DNA of 40,151 bases. Source: Snowella sp. (GTDB lineage: Bacteria; Cyanobacteriota; Cyanobacteriia; Cyanobacteriales; Microcystaceae). Positions 1 through 10,385 of this stretch are shown in pieces. The stretch is from assembly GCA_035285545.1 (NCBI GenBank), contig JAYKGY010000085.1, positions 1 to 40,151 of the forward strand, read 5' to 3'. A program made the translations under genes and the position numbers. Each line of letters opens with the position of its first letter. The first letter of the stretch is position 1. The notes under the pieces are model-generated. The model saw only the letters and a list, made by a program, of their open reading frames with translations. It made no database searches and was not told the origin of the DNA.

Positions 1-122
1 AATCGTTTCCGAGGCATCCTTATTCGATGGGCCAAATCTTCTCAATCCTACTTGGGCTTTATTCAGATTGCTGCTTGTTTGATCATCGGCCGCAAACTTC
101 TCACATTTTTCGGATAGGTTCT
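1..122 (+). mobile_element. Right end of an IS5-family insertion sequence (transposase C-terminus plus terminal inverted repeat), truncated by window start
   Basis: Frame +1 reads NRFRGILIRWAKSSQSYLGFIQIAACLIIGRKLLTFFG* (stop 115-117), matching the NRFR-x-L-x-IRW-x-K...YL(G/A)F tail of IS5-family DDE transposases. The stop lies within a TIR-like end (TTTTCGGATAGGTTCT) followed by TTAG, where the host gene on the other strand is cut. Confidence 0.8.
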
Positions 123-383
123 TAGTGCTTGCTCTAGATATTGAGGAACAGTCGGATCATAAGGACTTGCTAGGAGATCAATCCTGATAATTCTGGCCGT
201 TGCAGGTAACAAGGGAACATCCGGGTCGGTTGCAGTCGGATTCATTAAGGAACTAGAAAATCCCTTAAAAACCAAAATTTCATCTTCATCATCCCCATTT
301 TGAACTACTAGGTGTAGCACCTCTTGGGGATAACGCAAACTGTATTGCTCTAAGCGAGTAATGGGAAGTAAGGCTGAGTTCAC
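63..383 (-). pseudogene. Conserved small cyanobacterial/plastid protein (DUF7734-like, recalled) with its native 3' end replaced by IS sequence
   Basis: GTG at 383 overlaps the stop of the upstream gene (GTGA). Motif DEILVFKGFSSSLMNPTATDPDVPLLP...ASPYDP..PQYLEQAL is followed at ~122 by read-through into the IS end (RTYPKNVRSLRPMIKQAAI*). Confidence 0.65.
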
Positions 384-973
384 TGTTCTAAGGCGGAGCG
401 TCCTTGTTTCACCAAACGAATGATTAAAAAATAACCGAAATAAAGCGCATAACAAATGAGTCCCACCATCCCTAAAAAGCCCAAAAATCCGGGTGTAGCA
501 TTGGGATGAATAATTTCCTTATATCGCCAAGGAGCTTGTAACCAGACCTGACAAAAATTACTGTCGATCGCGCCAGGAGAAAACGCACAAGACAAAAAGG
601 GAATAAAGGCCATCACCCCTAAACTGCAATAAATGGTCACGGCCCAACGCCAAGAAGTGGTTACTAACTTTAACGAACTTTGGGGTAAATCTTTAATTTC
701 ATCATTGAGATCGACCCAAAACCAAAGGGAAAGCGGAATCAAAATTCGGGCTGAAATCCCAGTTAAATAAGAAATTGACCAACTTGGGATCATGAGATAG
801 ACCGTAATCATTAACAAACTGGCTACGCGCCAATAGATAATCAGCAGTCGTTGAATCGCCTCAGATTGTTTCAGCGTAGACCAAACTAATAAAATCAACG
901 GTATAATAACCGCAAAAATAACTGCTAATCGGTAATCTAGCCAAACTAATGGGCGAAACCAAGCTTGTTCCAT
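380..973 (-). CDS. DUF3177-family membrane protein
   Basis: 197 aa with several TM segments and the conserved cyanobacterial motifs LVWLDYRLAV, IYWRVASLLMITVYL, SLWFWVDLNDEI. Confidence 0.8.
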   Translation of the reverse strand: MEQAWFRPLVWLDYRLAVIFAVIIPLILLVWSTLKQSEAIQRLLIIYWRVASLLMITVYLMIPSWSISYLTGISARILIPLSLWFWVDLNDEIKDLPQSSLKLVTTSWRWAVTIYCSLGVMAFIPFLSCAFSPGAIDSNFCQVWLQAPWRYKEIIHPNATPGFLGFLGMVGLICYALYFGYFLIIRLVKQGRSALEQ

Positions 974-1154
974 CGTTTTAGGGTTTTAACTAATTCAGTT
1001 GTCATCCATTATATTTTCAAAGTCGAAAAAACAGGGGAGCCACCCATGGCGACATTGCTTATCAAATCCAGTCGTCAGGGGATATGGCTTGATTTTTCCG
1101 TATTCGACTCAGTGAAGTTTACCATAGCTGGGGGGCGTTAAAAACCAATAATAG

Positions 1155-1194
1155 AAAAAGCGAAAATCTGACAAAAATGCCTTAGATTCTCGCT
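1155..1194 (-). terminator. Probable intrinsic terminator downstream of cp12
   Basis: Stem AGCGAAAATCT (1159-1169) / AGATTCTCGCT (1184-1194), followed on the minus strand by a U-run. Confidence 0.55.
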
Positions 1195-1259
1195 AATTTT
1201 CAGCAATTTAACGTTAAAATAATAAGCTTAGTAACAGTCATCATGATGATGAGATTAGC

Positions 1260-1484
1260 TTAATCATCATAAATACGGCATTCGGCCGCATCAGGGTTTT
1301 CATCACAATATTTTTCAAAAGAAGTCTGCTCTGGATGATTTTGGCGTTGGTGAGCCGCTTCCGCTTGTAATTCTTCCACTGCATCCCAAGCCGCAGCGCA
1401 TTCAGCCGAGGTGGCCCCTTCAACATTACAAAGTTCTCTCGCCTGGGCAAGTTCTTGTTCGATTTTTTCTTGAATATTGCTCAT
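1260..1484 (-). CDS. cp12: CP12 Calvin-cycle regulatory protein
   Basis: 74 aa with an N-terminal Cys pair, the AWDAVEEL core and C-terminal YCDENPDAAECRIYDD. Confidence 0.97.
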   Translation of the reverse strand: MSNIQEKIEQELAQARELCNVEGATSAECAAAWDAVEELQAEAAHQRQNHPEQTSFEKYCDENPDAAECRIYDD

Positions 1485-1675
1485 AATTTGTTAACTGTCT
1501 GAAATCTATAAATAGCAGAAAGCGAGTTTATTCTAACGAATTTTATCCTTTCAATGTCAATTGTAGAGGGAATAGACAAGTTGTGAAGAAAGTAACGGAT
1601 TTTTTTTATGCTGTTCTCAGGTCACGTTTTTATAATGTAACAAAGACCAGACAAGGGGCGCGGAAATGCTATCGA

Positions 1676-1683
1676 GCGATCGC
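1676..1683. repeat. HIP1 octamer GCGATCGC (representative; recurs throughout, e.g. 2090, 2693, 35989, 38514)
   Basis: Highly iterated palindrome typical of cyanobacteria, seen many times in the window. Confidence 0.95.
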
Positions 1684-1755
1684 AGGATGAGAGACAATGA
1701 AGAATAAACTCAATCTGTGATTACTATCGTGGGATTTTAAATCTTAAAGAGACTA

Positions 1756-3012
1756 ATGACTAAGCAAATGCAGTGGGCTAATGCGTTATCAACTCGTCCA
1801 TCCTTGGAAGGAGCAGTGGCTGAAGTTGTGAGTCAAATTCAAGCATCGTTTACGGACGACCCCGATCTTGGTATTGTTTTTCTCTCCTCAGCCTTTGCTA
1901 GTGATTATTCCCGTTTAGTTCCGTTACTGTTAGAAAAATTGCCGATGCCGATTCTGATTGGCTGTGGAGGGGGCGGCATTATTGGGATGAAGTCAGTCAA
2001 TGAGGTGGCAGAAATTGAGGGAATGCCTGCATTGAGTTTAACGGTGGCCTGTTTACCCAATGTGGAGATTAAAGCCTTTCGGTTAGACAGCGATCGCTTA
2101 CCGGATTTAGATAGCCCTCCCCAGGATTGGATCGACTTAGTTGGGGTAACACCAGAAAAAAATCCTCAATTTATCCTGTTGTCAGACCCGATGGGCAGTG
2201 GGATTAATGATTTATTAGCGGGCCTCGATTTTGCCTATCCCCAAGCTGTCAAAGTGGGAGGGTTAGCCAGTGGCAATGCGATGATGCCAAACTTAGGAAA
2301 TCTCTTTTTTTACGACAAAAATCAATCATTTCCTTATTTATATGGCCAAGGAACCATTGGAGTGGCCTTGAGTGGCCAGATTCAAATTGACGCGATCGTT
2401 GCTCAAGGTTGCCGCCCGATTGGACAACCCTACCAAGTCAGTCAAGGAGAACGCAATATTATTACGGAAATCTTAGTCCGGGATGATAAAACAGGCGATT
2501 TACGCCCCTGCCCTCCTCTGGATGCCTTAAGAGATTTAATTCAAACGTTAGATGATAAGGACAAAGCGTTAGCTCAAACTTCTCTGTTTGTCGGTTTAGT
2601 GGGGGACGAATTTAAATTAACCCTGCAATCAGGAGATTTTTTAATTCGTAATCTTTTGGGGGTTGATCCCAGACAGGGGGCCATTGCCATCGGCGATCGC
2701 GTTCGACCAGGACAAAGAATGCAATTTCACCTTCGAGATGCCCAAACCTCAGCAGAAGAACTAGATTTTTTAGTCAAAAATTATCAAGTAACACTCAAAG
2801 ACCCCTTACCACAAGCCGCTTTACTCTTTTCTTGCCTGGGAAGAGGAAAATTATTATACGAAGTACCTAACTTTGACTCAGAATTATTCAGACGATATTT
2901 GAACAAGACCTCCTTAGCAGGTTTCTTTTGCAGCGGTGAAATTGGGCCGATTGGCCATAGTACCTTCCTGCATGGTTATACTTCGGTTTTTGCCATTATC
3001 CGCAATCCTTAA
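1756..3012 (+). CDS. FIST N/C-domain signal-transduction protein
   Basis: GCGGGGIIG, KVGGLASG, VAQGCRPIG, FSCLGRG and GFFCSGEIGP motifs. Confidence 0.9.
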   Translation: MTKQMQWANALSTRPSLEGAVAEVVSQIQASFTDDPDLGIVFLSSAFASDYSRLVPLLLEKLPMPILIGCGGGGIIGMKSVNEVAEIEGMPALSLTVACLPNVEIKAFRLDSDRLPDLDSPPQDWIDLVGVTPEKNPQFILLSDPMGSGINDLLAGLDFAYPQAVKVGGLASGNAMMPNLGNLFFYDKNQSFPYLYGQGTIGVALSGQIQIDAIVAQGCRPIGQPYQVSQGERNIITEILVRDDKTGDLRPCPPLDALRDLIQTLDDKDKALAQTSLFVGLVGDEFKLTLQSGDFLIRNLLGVDPRQGAIAIGDRVRPGQRMQFHLRDAQTSAEELDFLVKNYQVTLKDPLPQAALLFSCLGRGKLLYEVPNFDSELFRRYLNKTSLAGFFCSGEIGPIGHSTFLHGYTSVFAIIRNP

Positions 3013-3199
3013 TCCCTTTAAAATGAATTTCAATTGGATTTAAAGCTCGTCATCGTCACAAACGGCTGCCATTGCTTGAGTTTAAACCACTGCTTAATCG
3101 CCTTCTTTTGGATATCTGCCGAGAATTTGACTTTTTATCTTGAATACAATCGGTTTTAGGGACGTTTTAGCAATTTATTGCGGTTAAAACAGCCAAAAC

Positions 3200-4045
3200 T
3201 TAACGCAAACTGCGGATAGTCGCTCTATAAACTTGAGGATCTAAGCCTTCGCCATCGTAAGCGGTATTCGGATCGATTTTTCTTTGAAGTGCCACAATGC
3301 GATTACGGGTATCCGGGTGAGTGTTTAGGATCTCTGGTGTTCCTCCCCCTCGCTTTAAGAGCTTTTGCATAAAGGCGACCATGCCAATCGGGGCGTAACC
3401 GGCTCGTTGTAAATTTCTTAACCCCAATTGATCGGCTTCTAATTCTGCTTCTCGACTATTGGGTAAGTTAAAAGCGAGTTGGACTCCTAATTGCACCATT
3501 GTACTTTCCCGTAAACCTGCCGCCCCCATTAACCCTTGAGACAGGGCCACATCCCGCATTTGTTTGATGGAGTGACGGGCAACGATATGGGCGATTTCGT
3601 GGGCAATGACACTGGCTAATTCAGCTTCGGTTTCGGCGGATTCAATGATTCCCTGATTGATATAGACAAATCCCCCCATGGTGGCAAAGGCATTAATATC
3701 GCGATCGCTGACGACTTGAAAGGTGTAGGGAATGTCGGGACGTTGGCTTGTTTGGGCAAGACGTTGACCAATCTCATTAATGTAAGCATTTAAATTTCGG
3801 TTGCGGGAAGGTCGAAATTGGCCCTGCTGAATTAATTGCCGGTTAATTTGTTGCCCTAACCGTACCTCTTGAGCATTCGATAAATTGGAGAGTTGTAAAA
3901 CTTGTATGCCTTGAAACAGGAACGGTAACCAGGATTGGCCATAACTCGGTTGAGCAATTCCCACCATGAAGCTAAACGAAAGAATAGCCGTTAAAATTAG
4001 AGATATTGAACGTTTTTGCCAACGGGTTAGGAAGTTTGCTCTCAT
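3200..4045 (-). CDS. M48-family zinc metallopeptidase, secreted
   Basis: Signal peptide, INAFATMGG, HEIAH zinc motif, ELEAD, THP. Confidence 0.92.
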   Translation of the reverse strand: MRANFLTRWQKRSISLILTAILSFSFMVGIAQPSYGQSWLPFLFQGIQVLQLSNLSNAQEVRLGQQINRQLIQQGQFRPSRNRNLNAYINEIGQRLAQTSQRPDIPYTFQVVSDRDINAFATMGGFVYINQGIIESAETEAELASVIAHEIAHIVARHSIKQMRDVALSQGLMGAAGLRESTMVQLGVQLAFNLPNSREAELEADQLGLRNLQRAGYAPIGMVAFMQKLLKRGGGTPEILNTHPDTRNRIVALQRKIDPNTAYDGEGLDPQVYRATIRSLR

Positions 4046-4170
4046 AGAATGCTCGAATCAATAATCACTCACTCAGGCTTAACGCACAATGGGTTAATGG
4101 AGGCTTTAAGTCCTGCTTCTCTTGAGTCTATCGATTAGAAGTCGCTTTGGTTCCCTTCCCCGGACAGTTA

Positions 4171-4458
4171 CTAATTCCGCACACGGGCATTTTGATAAAA
4201 GCAAAAATTAAACACATCAAATACGCCGCCAACTAAGCTACAGGCTCCCCCAATAATGAATAAACCCGTGATGGGATAACCATTTCCAAAAATACTTAAA
4301 AATCTAACTAAATGGCTTGCTCCGATTTGGCCAATGAAGGCGATGAAAGGTAAATTCCCTAATAACCACAGGCTGAATAGCAATCCCCCGACAAAAAAGA
4401 TAGGTGTAGTAAAGCTAAAGAGGGTAGTCAGAATTAGCGATCGCAGTAAGGGGGACAT
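4171..4458 (-). CDS. Small hypothetical membrane protein
   Basis: 95-aa hydrophobic ORF with FLSIFGNGYP and VGGVFDVFNF, resembling a conserved cyanobacterial family. Confidence 0.7.
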   Translation of the reverse strand: MSPLLRSLILTTLFSFTTPIFFVGGLLFSLWLLGNLPFIAFIGQIGASHLVRFLSIFGNGYPITGLFIIGGACSLVGGVFDVFNFCFYQNARVRN

Positions 4459-5019
4459 AACTATCTCCGTTATGAATTAGGAGTATCCCAACCAATCATC
4501 AATTCAGACAAGATGGGATAACCTTACTTTAATTTGAATTTGCTATTTTGACCCAAATCGTCAAAAATCTTAAATCTTTATTAAAAAGTTTTGTGAACTC
4601 CGATAAAGAGTTATAAATAATTCCATCAATCTGTACTGAGCGATACTAAAGCAAGGACTTATTCGCTATTTTTCTATATTTTTATGAAGCGTTCTGTAAT
4701 ATTTATTTGCAATAAGTATTTGTACTTGTCTTACTAAAGACATAGATTTTTCTGAATGTATTTATTATCGGTTTCAAAGAAAATAAATATTGAATTTGTT
4801 AAAAATTTAAAATGATTTTTAATGTTGCTTAATATTGGATTGATCCCCTATAAAAGCTTTCCTTGTTTCGTTAAAAAGGCTAAATCGATTGATTTTTGTA
4901 GATGATCAATTATTTCATCTCAGCCCATTCATCCTTTACGCTTTCTCCCTCCTCAAGCAGTAATCCGTAACAGGAATGGTTTACAGTGTTTTCTTAAGAC
5001 TCCTATTCAGCGTTGCTAT

Positions 5020-5709
5020 ATGAAAATTCTGCTGGTTGATGATGAAACAGAATTAACCGCGTCCCTGAGCCAAGTGATGAGTCATGAGGGATATCAAATT
5101 GACGTAGCTGATAATGGACTACGGGGGTTGGCGTTGGCCTTGGAAAAAGATTACGATTTGTTGATTTTGGATTGGATGTTGCCCTATCAATCGGGTTTGG
5201 AAATTTGTAAAAGCTTGCGATCGCAGGGAAATAATACCCCTGTGTTATTTTTGACAGCCAAAGATACCCTAGATGAACGGGTTTTGGGCTTAGATGCCGG
5301 AGCCGATGATTATTTAGTTAAACCCTTTGAACTGCGAGAATTATTAGCCAGGGTGCGGGCCTTGTTACGCCGTTCTTCCCCCCCTGAGAACCCCGTTTCT
5401 AACCGTCTCAAAGTAGCGGATTTAGAACTCGATCAGGAGAATCAAATCGCCTATCGACAGGGGCGCGTCATTAATTTATCGGAAAAAGAAGTCAAGTTAC
5501 TGGCTTATCTGATGCAACATTCGGGTCAATTACTAACCCACGACCAAATTTATCAATTTCTTTGGACAGAAACGGATTCACCCAGCAGTAATGTGATTGC
5601 TGCCCTGATTCGTCTGCTACGTCGTAAGGTTGAAGGAAATGGGGATCTCCCGCTGATTCATACCGTTTACGGGAGGGGTTATCGCTTTGGAGAACAATCT
5701 CAAAGTTAA
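5020..5709 (+). CDS. manR: OmpR-family response regulator, ManR (Slr1837)-like
   Basis: Receiver (LLVDDE, LILDWMLP, KPF) plus wHTH. LSEKEV..L, PSSNVIAALIRLLRRK and TVYGRGY resemble Synechocystis ManR as recalled. Confidence 0.75.
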   Translation: MKILLVDDETELTASLSQVMSHEGYQIDVADNGLRGLALALEKDYDLLILDWMLPYQSGLEICKSLRSQGNNTPVLFLTAKDTLDERVLGLDAGADDYLVKPFELRELLARVRALLRRSSPPENPVSNRLKVADLELDQENQIAYRQGRVINLSEKEVKLLAYLMQHSGQLLTHDQIYQFLWTETDSPSSNVIAALIRLLRRKVEGNGDLPLIHTVYGRGYRFGEQSQS

Positions 5710-5803
5710 GCCAGAGGAAATCCTAATATTAAGCTTAAAATCCTTCTGCTCTTGAATCTTTGTTGTGTATAATCCTTTTCAATCTTCTTAACTCTACTTT
5801 TTC

Positions 5804-7477
5804 ATGATGAAACTGTTCTTTCGTCGCGATCGCTGGATTCGTCCCTTGGTGTTAGCCATTGCTTCTGCCGTTGTTGCCGCTGCCCCTCTGAAAGCTGCCG
5901 ATAGAATCTTTTTTACCTATGCGCCTGTCCATGTCTCAGTTCGCATTGCTTCAGTAGAACAGTTTGCTAACAAAGGAATAGTGGATGCCAACCTCCGATT
6001 TTATTTCAATTTACTCGGTACGACCCCAGAGCAACAAACCGAATTACGTCGATTATTGAAGGAACGGGTGGAAATCGATCCCGTCCAACTTTCTCGCTTT
6101 TTGAATACGGCTGTTGCCGAAGATCTACTAGAACGTTTAGGCCGACTGGTCACGATTCAAGGGGGACGCAACGGGAAGCACGCCATTCGAGGCGCGTTAA
6201 TTTCTGCGGCCCTTGATCCGAAAGGATTAACTGCCCTCAATGTTTTAGCAAAATTACCCACTGATATACAAGTTCAAGGCGAACCCTTGGTAGAGCAAGG
6301 AAGGATTACTCGCTTCGTTGTTGATGCAACCCAGGAAGCGATCGTGCAAATGGCAGCCTTGTCAGCTAAAGAGGCAAAGGCAGAACCCATTGTTGATTTT
6401 TCCCAATTAACCGATCCGCGTCAGCCTGGCCCCTATGGGTTTCAGCCAAAAGTTAGATGGCAATTAGATGACCGCAGCAGAAACCGACGTTTCTATGCCG
6501 ATGTTTATCAACCTAAACGTTGGCGTAATGGTCAAACCCCTGTCGTGGTAGTTTCTCATGGATTAGCCTCCCGCCCAGAAGATTTTGGCTCTATTGGAGA
6601 ACATTTAGCTTCCTACGGCTACCTGGTTGTTTTACCTCAACACCCTGGCAGCGATTTTCAGCAGGCCCAGAATTTACTGACAGGTCTATCCCGCGAAGTC
6701 TTTTATATTAGTGAATTTTTAGACCGTCCTAAAGATATTAGTTATCTGTTGGATGAACTCGAACGACGCAATCAAACTGAATTTGCAGGACGATTAAATT
6801 TATCCTCTGTCGGCGCGATCGGTCATTCTTTTGGCGGATATGGCGTTTTAGCCCTCGCAGGAGCAGAAATTGACTGGAAGCGTCTTAAGTCCGAATGCAC
6901 ATCGCCGAACAATTATCCCAATCCTTCTCTTTTGCTCCAGTGCCGTGCTTTGGATTTACCGCAAGAAAGTTATGATTTTCGAGATCAACGAATTACGACG
7001 GTTTTTGCTATAAATCCTGTGAATAGTGCGTTATTTGGCCCAGAAGGATTCGCCAAAGTAAAAATTCCTGTGGTTCTTTTATCGGGTAGTTTTGATCCGG
7101 CAACGCCTGCTGTATTAGAGCAAATTCGGACTTTTCCTTGGGTAGCCAGTGAAGATAAGTATTTAATTTTATCGGACGGTCAAGCCCATGTGGATTTTGC
7201 CCAACTTGATGCAGGAATTTCGGATTTAATTGGCTCAATGGGAGATTTTACCCTGCCCGATCCCGATTTATTAAATACTTACCGTGATGCTTTGTTAGTC
7301 CCTTTCTTGGAATATTATCAATCCCAAAATCAAACCTATAAGCCTTTTATTGAATCTTTTTCTGCCTATTCGCAGTATTTAAGTCAGGGTCAAGAGTTCA
7401 AAATTTATCTCATTTCTAGAGACTCAAGCCAATTCCTCACCTCCATTATTCAACAGTTCCGCGCTAACCGTCGTTGA
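5804..7477 (+). CDS. Alpha/beta hydrolase with N-terminal DUF1400-type domain
   Basis: Signal peptide ending AADRI, SHGLAS, HPGSD, DRPKDISYLLDEL, GHSFGG nucleophile elbow. Confidence 0.88.
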   Translation: MMKLFFRRDRWIRPLVLAIASAVVAAAPLKAADRIFFTYAPVHVSVRIASVEQFANKGIVDANLRFYFNLLGTTPEQQTELRRLLKERVEIDPVQLSRFLNTAVAEDLLERLGRLVTIQGGRNGKHAIRGALISAALDPKGLTALNVLAKLPTDIQVQGEPLVEQGRITRFVVDATQEAIVQMAALSAKEAKAEPIVDFSQLTDPRQPGPYGFQPKVRWQLDDRSRNRRFYADVYQPKRWRNGQTPVVVVSHGLASRPEDFGSIGEHLASYGYLVVLPQHPGSDFQQAQNLLTGLSREVFYISEFLDRPKDISYLLDELERRNQTEFAGRLNLSSVGAIGHSFGGYGVLALAGAEIDWKRLKSECTSPNNYPNPSLLLQCRALDLPQESYDFRDQRITTVFAINPVNSALFGPEGFAKVKIPVVLLSGSFDPATPAVLEQIRTFPWVASEDKYLILSDGQAHVDFAQLDAGISDLIGSMGDFTLPDPDLLNTYRDALLVPFLEYYQSQNQTYKPFIESFSAYSQYLSQGQEFKIYLISRDSSQFLTSIIQQFRANRR

Positions 7478-7529
7478 CAACGACAACAGGTTTATAACGT
7501 CTATCCTAAGCGATCGCGCCTTTTTAATC

Positions 7530-7790
7530 ATGACTCCACCCTCCCAGCCTAAACTGTCTCCTGAAAAGTACGCCCGACTCAAGGCGGAAGCGATCGCCCC
7601 CTATAGAGGACTCCGCAAATTCTTGTATTTCGGATTAGGGGCCTCTGCTTTGATTGGGGGGATTATCTTCTTGCTTCAGCTATTAGCGGGCAGGGGAAGC
7701 GTTGAAACGTTGCCCAATTTGGCCCTACAAATCGGTGTTTTTACCTTGATGCTGTGGCTATTTCGGCGTGAATCCGATCCCAAAAAATAA
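7530..7790 (+). CDS. DUF3493-family small membrane protein (LPA1-related domain)
   Basis: RLKAEAIAPYRGLRKFLY followed by two TM helices. Confidence 0.8.
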   Translation: MTPPSQPKLSPEKYARLKAEAIAPYRGLRKFLYFGLGASALIGGIIFLLQLLAGRGSVETLPNLALQIGVFTLMLWLFRRESDPKK

Positions 7791-7903
7791 GTATTGTACG
7801 GACACTGATGATTTTTCTAGAAAATTAGGGCACTCTATAGTTAGGGTTTCTGACAGTTGCCAGAAATTTCGTGAATATTGGGGTTCCTTTGGGGGAAAAA
7901 ACC

Positions 7904-8809
7904 TTGGATCAACAAAAAATTCTTGGCTATTTTATCGAAGAAGCGAAAGAACACCTCGAAACCTTAGAACGGGGGATTCTCGACTTATCCAATGTCATCG
8001 AAGACTCAGAACGGGTTAACGAAATGTTTCGGGCCGCTCACTCCGTAAAAGGGGGAGCTGCAATGCTCGGCTATAGCAGTATTCAAAAAATCGCCCACCG
8101 CCTCGAAGATGCGTTTAAAGTTCTCAAGGAAAATCGCGTTACCGTTGATCAAAAGTTAGAGACTTTTTTCCTGAAAGGATACGATGTTCTACAAGATTTA
8201 GTCGAAAAGCTACAAGGCCCCTTTGGACTCCAAGCGGATGAAGCAGAAGCAATTGTAGAAGGAGCCGACCATAATTTTGTTGAGTTACAAAATTATCTCA
8301 ATTATTTGTTAGTTCATGAAGAGGGCACGGTAGCCAACGCTCCTCAAGTTCAACAACCAGAGGCTCCCTCACTCCCTGATATTGACTTCTCTGTTCAAAT
8401 TAAGAGCCTTCTCAAGCAAATGTTAGCGGTGTTTAAACAGGAAAGCACCGGAGAAAATCGGCAAAAATTGCAGGATTTTTGTCAGCAATTAATTAAGATT
8501 GCTCCGCACCAAGACCCATGGCAACGGTTGGTTAATACGGCTCAGACCGCGATCGCCAATCCTCGCCATTCTTTCCGTACCCTAGCCCCCGTCATTTTGA
8601 AAGAATTAAAACAAGGAAGTGACTATTTAGAACTCGAAGAAGGTCATAAAATTGTTCCAGGACAAGGCCTACAGCAATTAGCTAATGCCCAAACGCCCCA
8701 ACTACTGGTTCCCGCCGACCCCAATGCGATGGCCAATATCTTGTTACAGGTCTTCAATCGCCAACAAGTCGGTCAATTAGTACAACTATTATCTCAGCAG
8801 GCCGGATAA
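7904..8809 (+). CDS. Stand-alone Hpt-domain protein, N-terminal half of a split CheA/PilL (Slr0073-like)
   Basis: ILGYFIEEAKEHL...MFRAAHSVKGGAAMLG...AHRLED Hpt motif with no HATPase, CheW or receiver. TTG start at 7904 follows GGGGGA; the ORF is open from GTG 7871. Confidence 0.8.
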   Translation: MDQQKILGYFIEEAKEHLETLERGILDLSNVIEDSERVNEMFRAAHSVKGGAAMLGYSSIQKIAHRLEDAFKVLKENRVTVDQKLETFFLKGYDVLQDLVEKLQGPFGLQADEAEAIVEGADHNFVELQNYLNYLLVHEEGTVANAPQVQQPEAPSLPDIDFSVQIKSLLKQMLAVFKQESTGENRQKLQDFCQQLIKIAPHQDPWQRLVNTAQTAIANPRHSFRTLAPVILKELKQGSDYLELEEGHKIVPGQGLQQLANAQTPQLLVPADPNAMANILLQVFNRQQVGQLVQLLSQQAG

Positions 8810-8856
8810 AACAGAGATCAAACAGAATTAATACCTAACCGGAGTTGAATTTTGAT

Positions 8857-10146
8857 TTAATTCAACTGGTTTTGTTTTAATCCCGATAAATCGACTTTGC
8901 CAAAATGAACGCTTAAGGCTAATTGCATATTTTCTAACGCTTTTACTAACCAAGGAACCCCTTCTCTCGAAAAAGATTCATAGTGATTAAACAAAATCGA
9001 AAATCGCTTTTCCAAATAGGGGCGAACTTTCTTAGAAAATAAAATAATTTTGAGGAATAGCCCAACTGTGCGAGTAACCCCCAAGTTGGTAATCAAATCG
9101 ATAAAGACGTAATGCTCTGGCTGGTGGGGACTTTCAACAATCAAGAAGTTTAACAACTGGCTCGAAGTCCGCATCATTAAAAATTCTGTCGGTTTTTGAT
9201 GATTACATTCCGGTAAGGTACTTTGTAGCAGATGCTGTAACTTTTTATTAAACTGCCCCTGGCTATATTTAGAATCTAACGATCCGACAACATACTCATA
9301 CAGATCATCCTTGAAAGCCCCAAAGGTTTGAGTATGTACCGTATGATTGACAAAACTTTGAGAGAGACTTTTATAACTATGATTTCCTTCTACATTTCCC
9401 ACAAAATGTTTGAGAGAACGATTAAGTTCTTTATCCGTTAAAAGCGTGGGATTTTTCACTGGGAGAATCAGTTCAGTTTTGGGGAGGATTAACCCAGAAT
9501 TTGCGCCCTGGGCAGTGCGTACCTTATAGGTGACATAGCGCGATAAGTTCACTTCAAAGCGTCGTTCTGTCTGAGACTTAATTCGTCTTACGGTTTGTTG
9601 ATGTTCGTCGCTACTATCTTCCCCCAATAGACAATAATCGTAGAGATAGGGGTAACGGTGAATTAATTTTCCAACGGAAGTAGTGTTATTACTAATGCTT
9701 TGTTTGCTATCAATAACATCGGCAATCCGTTTCAGTTTAACAAACTGTTCTGTCTGGATGAAGTTTTTGACAAGCTGACGAACACGACTAGAGGTGCTAT
9801 AGCTCGCAATATCTCCGCCTCTCACCTTATCAAACAGATAAATTAATCGGGGAATTTCTCGTTGCAGATCCGGTTGCATTTGCCAACGATTAATCACAAT
9901 ATGGCAACACCGATTGAAAATATAATTAAAGGCTTGATCTGCATTTTTCGCTTTGGTAATTCTTTCTAAGGCAATATAAACTTTGGGGTGTCTGAATCCC
10001 CGCCCTTCAATAAATAATGCCTGAAAATCATCTAATAATTGTTCAGGTGAATCGGTTTGCACGCTATTAATTAAATAGTCATACAACACTTGGTCATCAC
10101 TGGAGTCTTTTGTTTGATAAGGGTTAAATATAGATGAGTGATTCAC
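8857..10146 (-). CDS. Conserved hypothetical cyanobacterial protein (Sll1247-like)
   Basis: 429-aa ORF with NRCCHIVINRW, LIHRYPYLY, LEKRFSILFNHYE. Divergent from murF, as recalled for Synechocystis. Confidence 0.8.
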   Translation of the reverse strand: MNHSSIFNPYQTKDSSDDQVLYDYLINSVQTDSPEQLLDDFQALFIEGRGFRHPKVYIALERITKAKNADQAFNYIFNRCCHIVINRWQMQPDLQREIPRLIYLFDKVRGGDIASYSTSSRVRQLVKNFIQTEQFVKLKRIADVIDSKQSISNNTTSVGKLIHRYPYLYDYCLLGEDSSDEHQQTVRRIKSQTERRFEVNLSRYVTYKVRTAQGANSGLILPKTELILPVKNPTLLTDKELNRSLKHFVGNVEGNHSYKSLSQSFVNHTVHTQTFGAFKDDLYEYVVGSLDSKYSQGQFNKKLQHLLQSTLPECNHQKPTEFLMMRTSSQLLNFLIVESPHQPEHYVFIDLITNLGVTRTVGLFLKIILFSKKVRPYLEKRFSILFNHYESFSREGVPWLVKALENMQLALSVHFGKVDLSGLKQNQLN

Positions 10147-10385
10147 GGCGTTCAGCCCTCCTCATAAGCATTGATTGAAAATGCGGGCTGGAGAAATGCA
10201 ATTAGTCTTTAACGTAAGTTTGACTTTGATGATTGATTCTGTCTCAGTCAAAGGGGGTCAAAGATAATTTTTTCTAACAGTTGCACTAGCTTTCTTAAAA
10301 GAAGACAATATTAATGTATTCTGTTAGCTTAAACGAAACTTATCGTAATCATTAGTTTGATCCATAAGTCGTTTACTATTCATTA

